A stretch of 64,000 bases of DNA, taken from contig RDEW01000047.1 of NCBI GenBank assembly GCA_011109175.1, positions 144,324 through 208,323 on the forward strand, in the 5' to 3' direction. The notes beneath the pieces were generated by a model. The model was not told the origin of the DNA. It saw only the letters and a program-made list of their open reading frames with translations, and searched no databases. Position 1 is the first letter of the stretch; the number at the start of each line of letters is the position of its first letter. This document shows, one piece after another, positions 61,815 to 64,000 of this stretch. A program made the position numbers and the translations under genes. This DNA is from Dicyema japonicum. Lineage: Eukaryota; Animalia; Dicyemida.

Positions 61815-64000
61815 TTTTTGGTGAGGTGGTGACGTGCCTCGTTTCTTGATTGGATCGCAATTGAGAAAAATGTCTAAAAGGCAATGGATACAAAGGGATG
61901 CATCTAGTATAAAAGTTCTTACGTTCAATGCTAGAGGCTTATCTACGACCTGGTCGAGGAAGATTCTCTGTGATGACCTGGAGAGATACGACGTATTTAT
62001 TGGGTACTTACAAAAAACGAAAGTTACTTGTAGCCTTGATGAGAACTTTGGCGAATATCGAATTATATGTCAGCCGAGCGACTCAAAACATTATGGACTT
62101 GGATTTGCCATCCACTCAAAGTTGACAAGTGCAGTCCACCGTATATGTAGTGTGAATGACAAGATCTGTGTTATACAAACCGACTTACCACCTTCGAAGA
62201 GCTTTCTGACAATTGTAAATGTTTATGCGCCACACTGCGAAAGAGTAGCGAAAGATCCGACAGAACTAGACGACTTCTATTCAACACTGTTACGGACGTA
62301 CAACGAATATGAGTCGTCATCACTAATACTCATTGCTGGGGATTTGAATGCAAAAGTCGGGATGAAGAATAACCCGGATGATGTTTTCTTGGGAGAACAT
62401 GGACGTGGAATAAGAAATTTACCCGGGACAATACTTGGTCACTTTTGTATGGCAAACAACCTTTTCCTATGCAATACTGCATTTACGCATCCTGCCTGCC
62501 ACAAAACTACGTGGATGGGGAAGCGAAGGAACTCAGAAGGAAAGCTGGTTCCAATATACAACCAAATCGATTATGTCATATGCCGGGCTAAAGACAAACA
62601 CCTTCTAGTAAACGCACGTTCATATGAAGGTTCGACGACTGTCAGCGACCACAAGATGGTTATTGCGACCTTCACCCTGAAAAAACATGCCACTAAATAC
62701 AGGAATGCAAAAAATCACGAATTTGAAAAAATCAGAGGCGACTACGCGACTGAAAGGCTGATTTCTCAACCGGAGATTACTGAGAGATATCAACAATACA
62801 TTCAGACTAATTTGCAGGACGTATTGGTGGATACCACGCTAGAAGACGCCTGGAAACGCACAAAGGACACCATCAACGAAGCTGCTGAAGCATGTCTTGG
62901 CAAAAGGGAGAATAGTAAAATGCACCTGAAGGCTATTCATCCAGATGTTCCCGAGCTTGCGAAAAGTCTAAAAGAAATAAATATGAGAAAATCAAATGCC
63001 ACTGACACTAATGCGATAAAAGCCCTTCAAGGCGAAAGACAACGTGTCAGAAGAAAAATAAAGGGTCTGAACAAGAAGCTTTTCATAGAAGAAATAGCCT
63101 CCTGTATAGAAGAAGTAAACAAAGTGAAAGACAACGCACAGGTGTACGTCGCTGCCCGTTTGTTGCGGCGAACAAACCAAAGTCGACTAACCATAAAAGA
63201 CGAGAACGGTAAGCTGATACTGAACACCAAAGAACAAACTGAAGCCATCGCGGCTCACTTTGAGAAGCTTTTCAACATCAAAACCATAGAAATCCACCCA
63301 TTTGATGGAAGGCCAAGACATTACGCAAAGTCTGGGCAAACATTGTGCTTGAACGAATAAAAGGACCTGCTTACAAATACCTATCAGATAGTCAAAGTGG
63401 TTTTCGAGAAGGGAGATCCACAGCTGATGCGGTCTGGAGTCACAGACGGAGGTGTGCAACATATCAAAGATACCGTAACGCCACCAATATTTTGGGAATT
63501 GACCTATCAAGAGCTTTTGATACGGTTAACAGGAACAAATTAATGGGGGTACTGAGCGGATTTCTTGATGAATCGAGTCTAAGGATGATCCGAATTCTAC
63601 TTTCTAACACTGAGCTCCTTGTGAGAGTCGGAAAAACCTATTCAAGAAAATTTGAAACAAATACGGGCACTCCACAAGGAGACTCTCTTTCTCCTCTACT
63701 ATTCACAATTTATTTGGAAGCCGCTATGAGGGAACTTAGACCGTCATACCAAGGAAAGACGGAAGAAGTAATCTACGCGGACGATGTAGACCTAATTTCT
63801 GAAGACAAAGAGGTCCTGGAAAACCTATTAGAAAAAGCACCAGATGTACTAGGGAAATGGTTTCTTACTGTGAACAGAGAAAAAACAGAACTCACAGAGA
63901 TAAGAAGGATGAGTAACGTCCTAGAAGAGAAGTGGCGACAAGTAAAGAAACTCGGTTCACTTATGGGAGATAGCGAAGATATTTTACGTAGGAAAACTCT
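61815..64000 (+). mobile_element. RTE-like LINE, 5' part (long open APE ORF, start of RT); runs off the window
   Basis: 508-aa ORF 61834-63360 with TFNARG, LQKTK, VNVYAP, AGDLNAK, NQIDY, SDH; then GTPQGDSLSPLLF and YADD after short frameshifts. Confidence 0.92.

Noticed and set aside
1-64000. Stop-codon reassignment to explain frequent in-frame TAA/TAG
   Set aside because: In conserved genes the stops fall inside removable GT-AG micro-introns, and genes terminate normally at TAA, TAG and TGA.

Overview
AT-rich eukaryotic (metazoan) genomic DNA. Housekeeping genes are cut by many 20-35 nt canonical GT-AG micro-introns, a pattern best known from dicyemid mesozoans such as Dicyema (this assignment is inferred, not proven). 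Recognisable genes: a tetraspanin (-), an NR5A/FTZ-F1-type nuclear receptor (+), the acetyl-CoA transporter SLC33A1 (+), rabconnectin-3 alpha/DMXL (+), two tandem Spinster MFS paralogs (-), DPH7/WDR85 (+) and CFAP54 (+), plus a few orphan multi-exon candidates. Between genes lie many mobile elements: three RTE-like LINEs, I/Ingi/jockey-like LINE remnants, several CRE-like and one R4/NeSL-like REL-endonuclease retrotransposon, and hAT and Tc1/IS630-like transposon relics. Most notable: (1) a tRNA(Glu)-like SINE family with a structured central domain, target-site duplications and apparently interchangeable 3' tails, one matching the RTE LINE tail in this window; (2) REL retroelement and Tc1 relics that resemble families I recall from microsporidia; (3) a Spinster paralog with substitutions at two conserved charged residues. 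Many short direct duplications at single-N junctions, and homopolymer frameshifts, are probably assembly artefacts. Large-gene boundaries are approximate, and family assignments come from motif recognition, not database searches.
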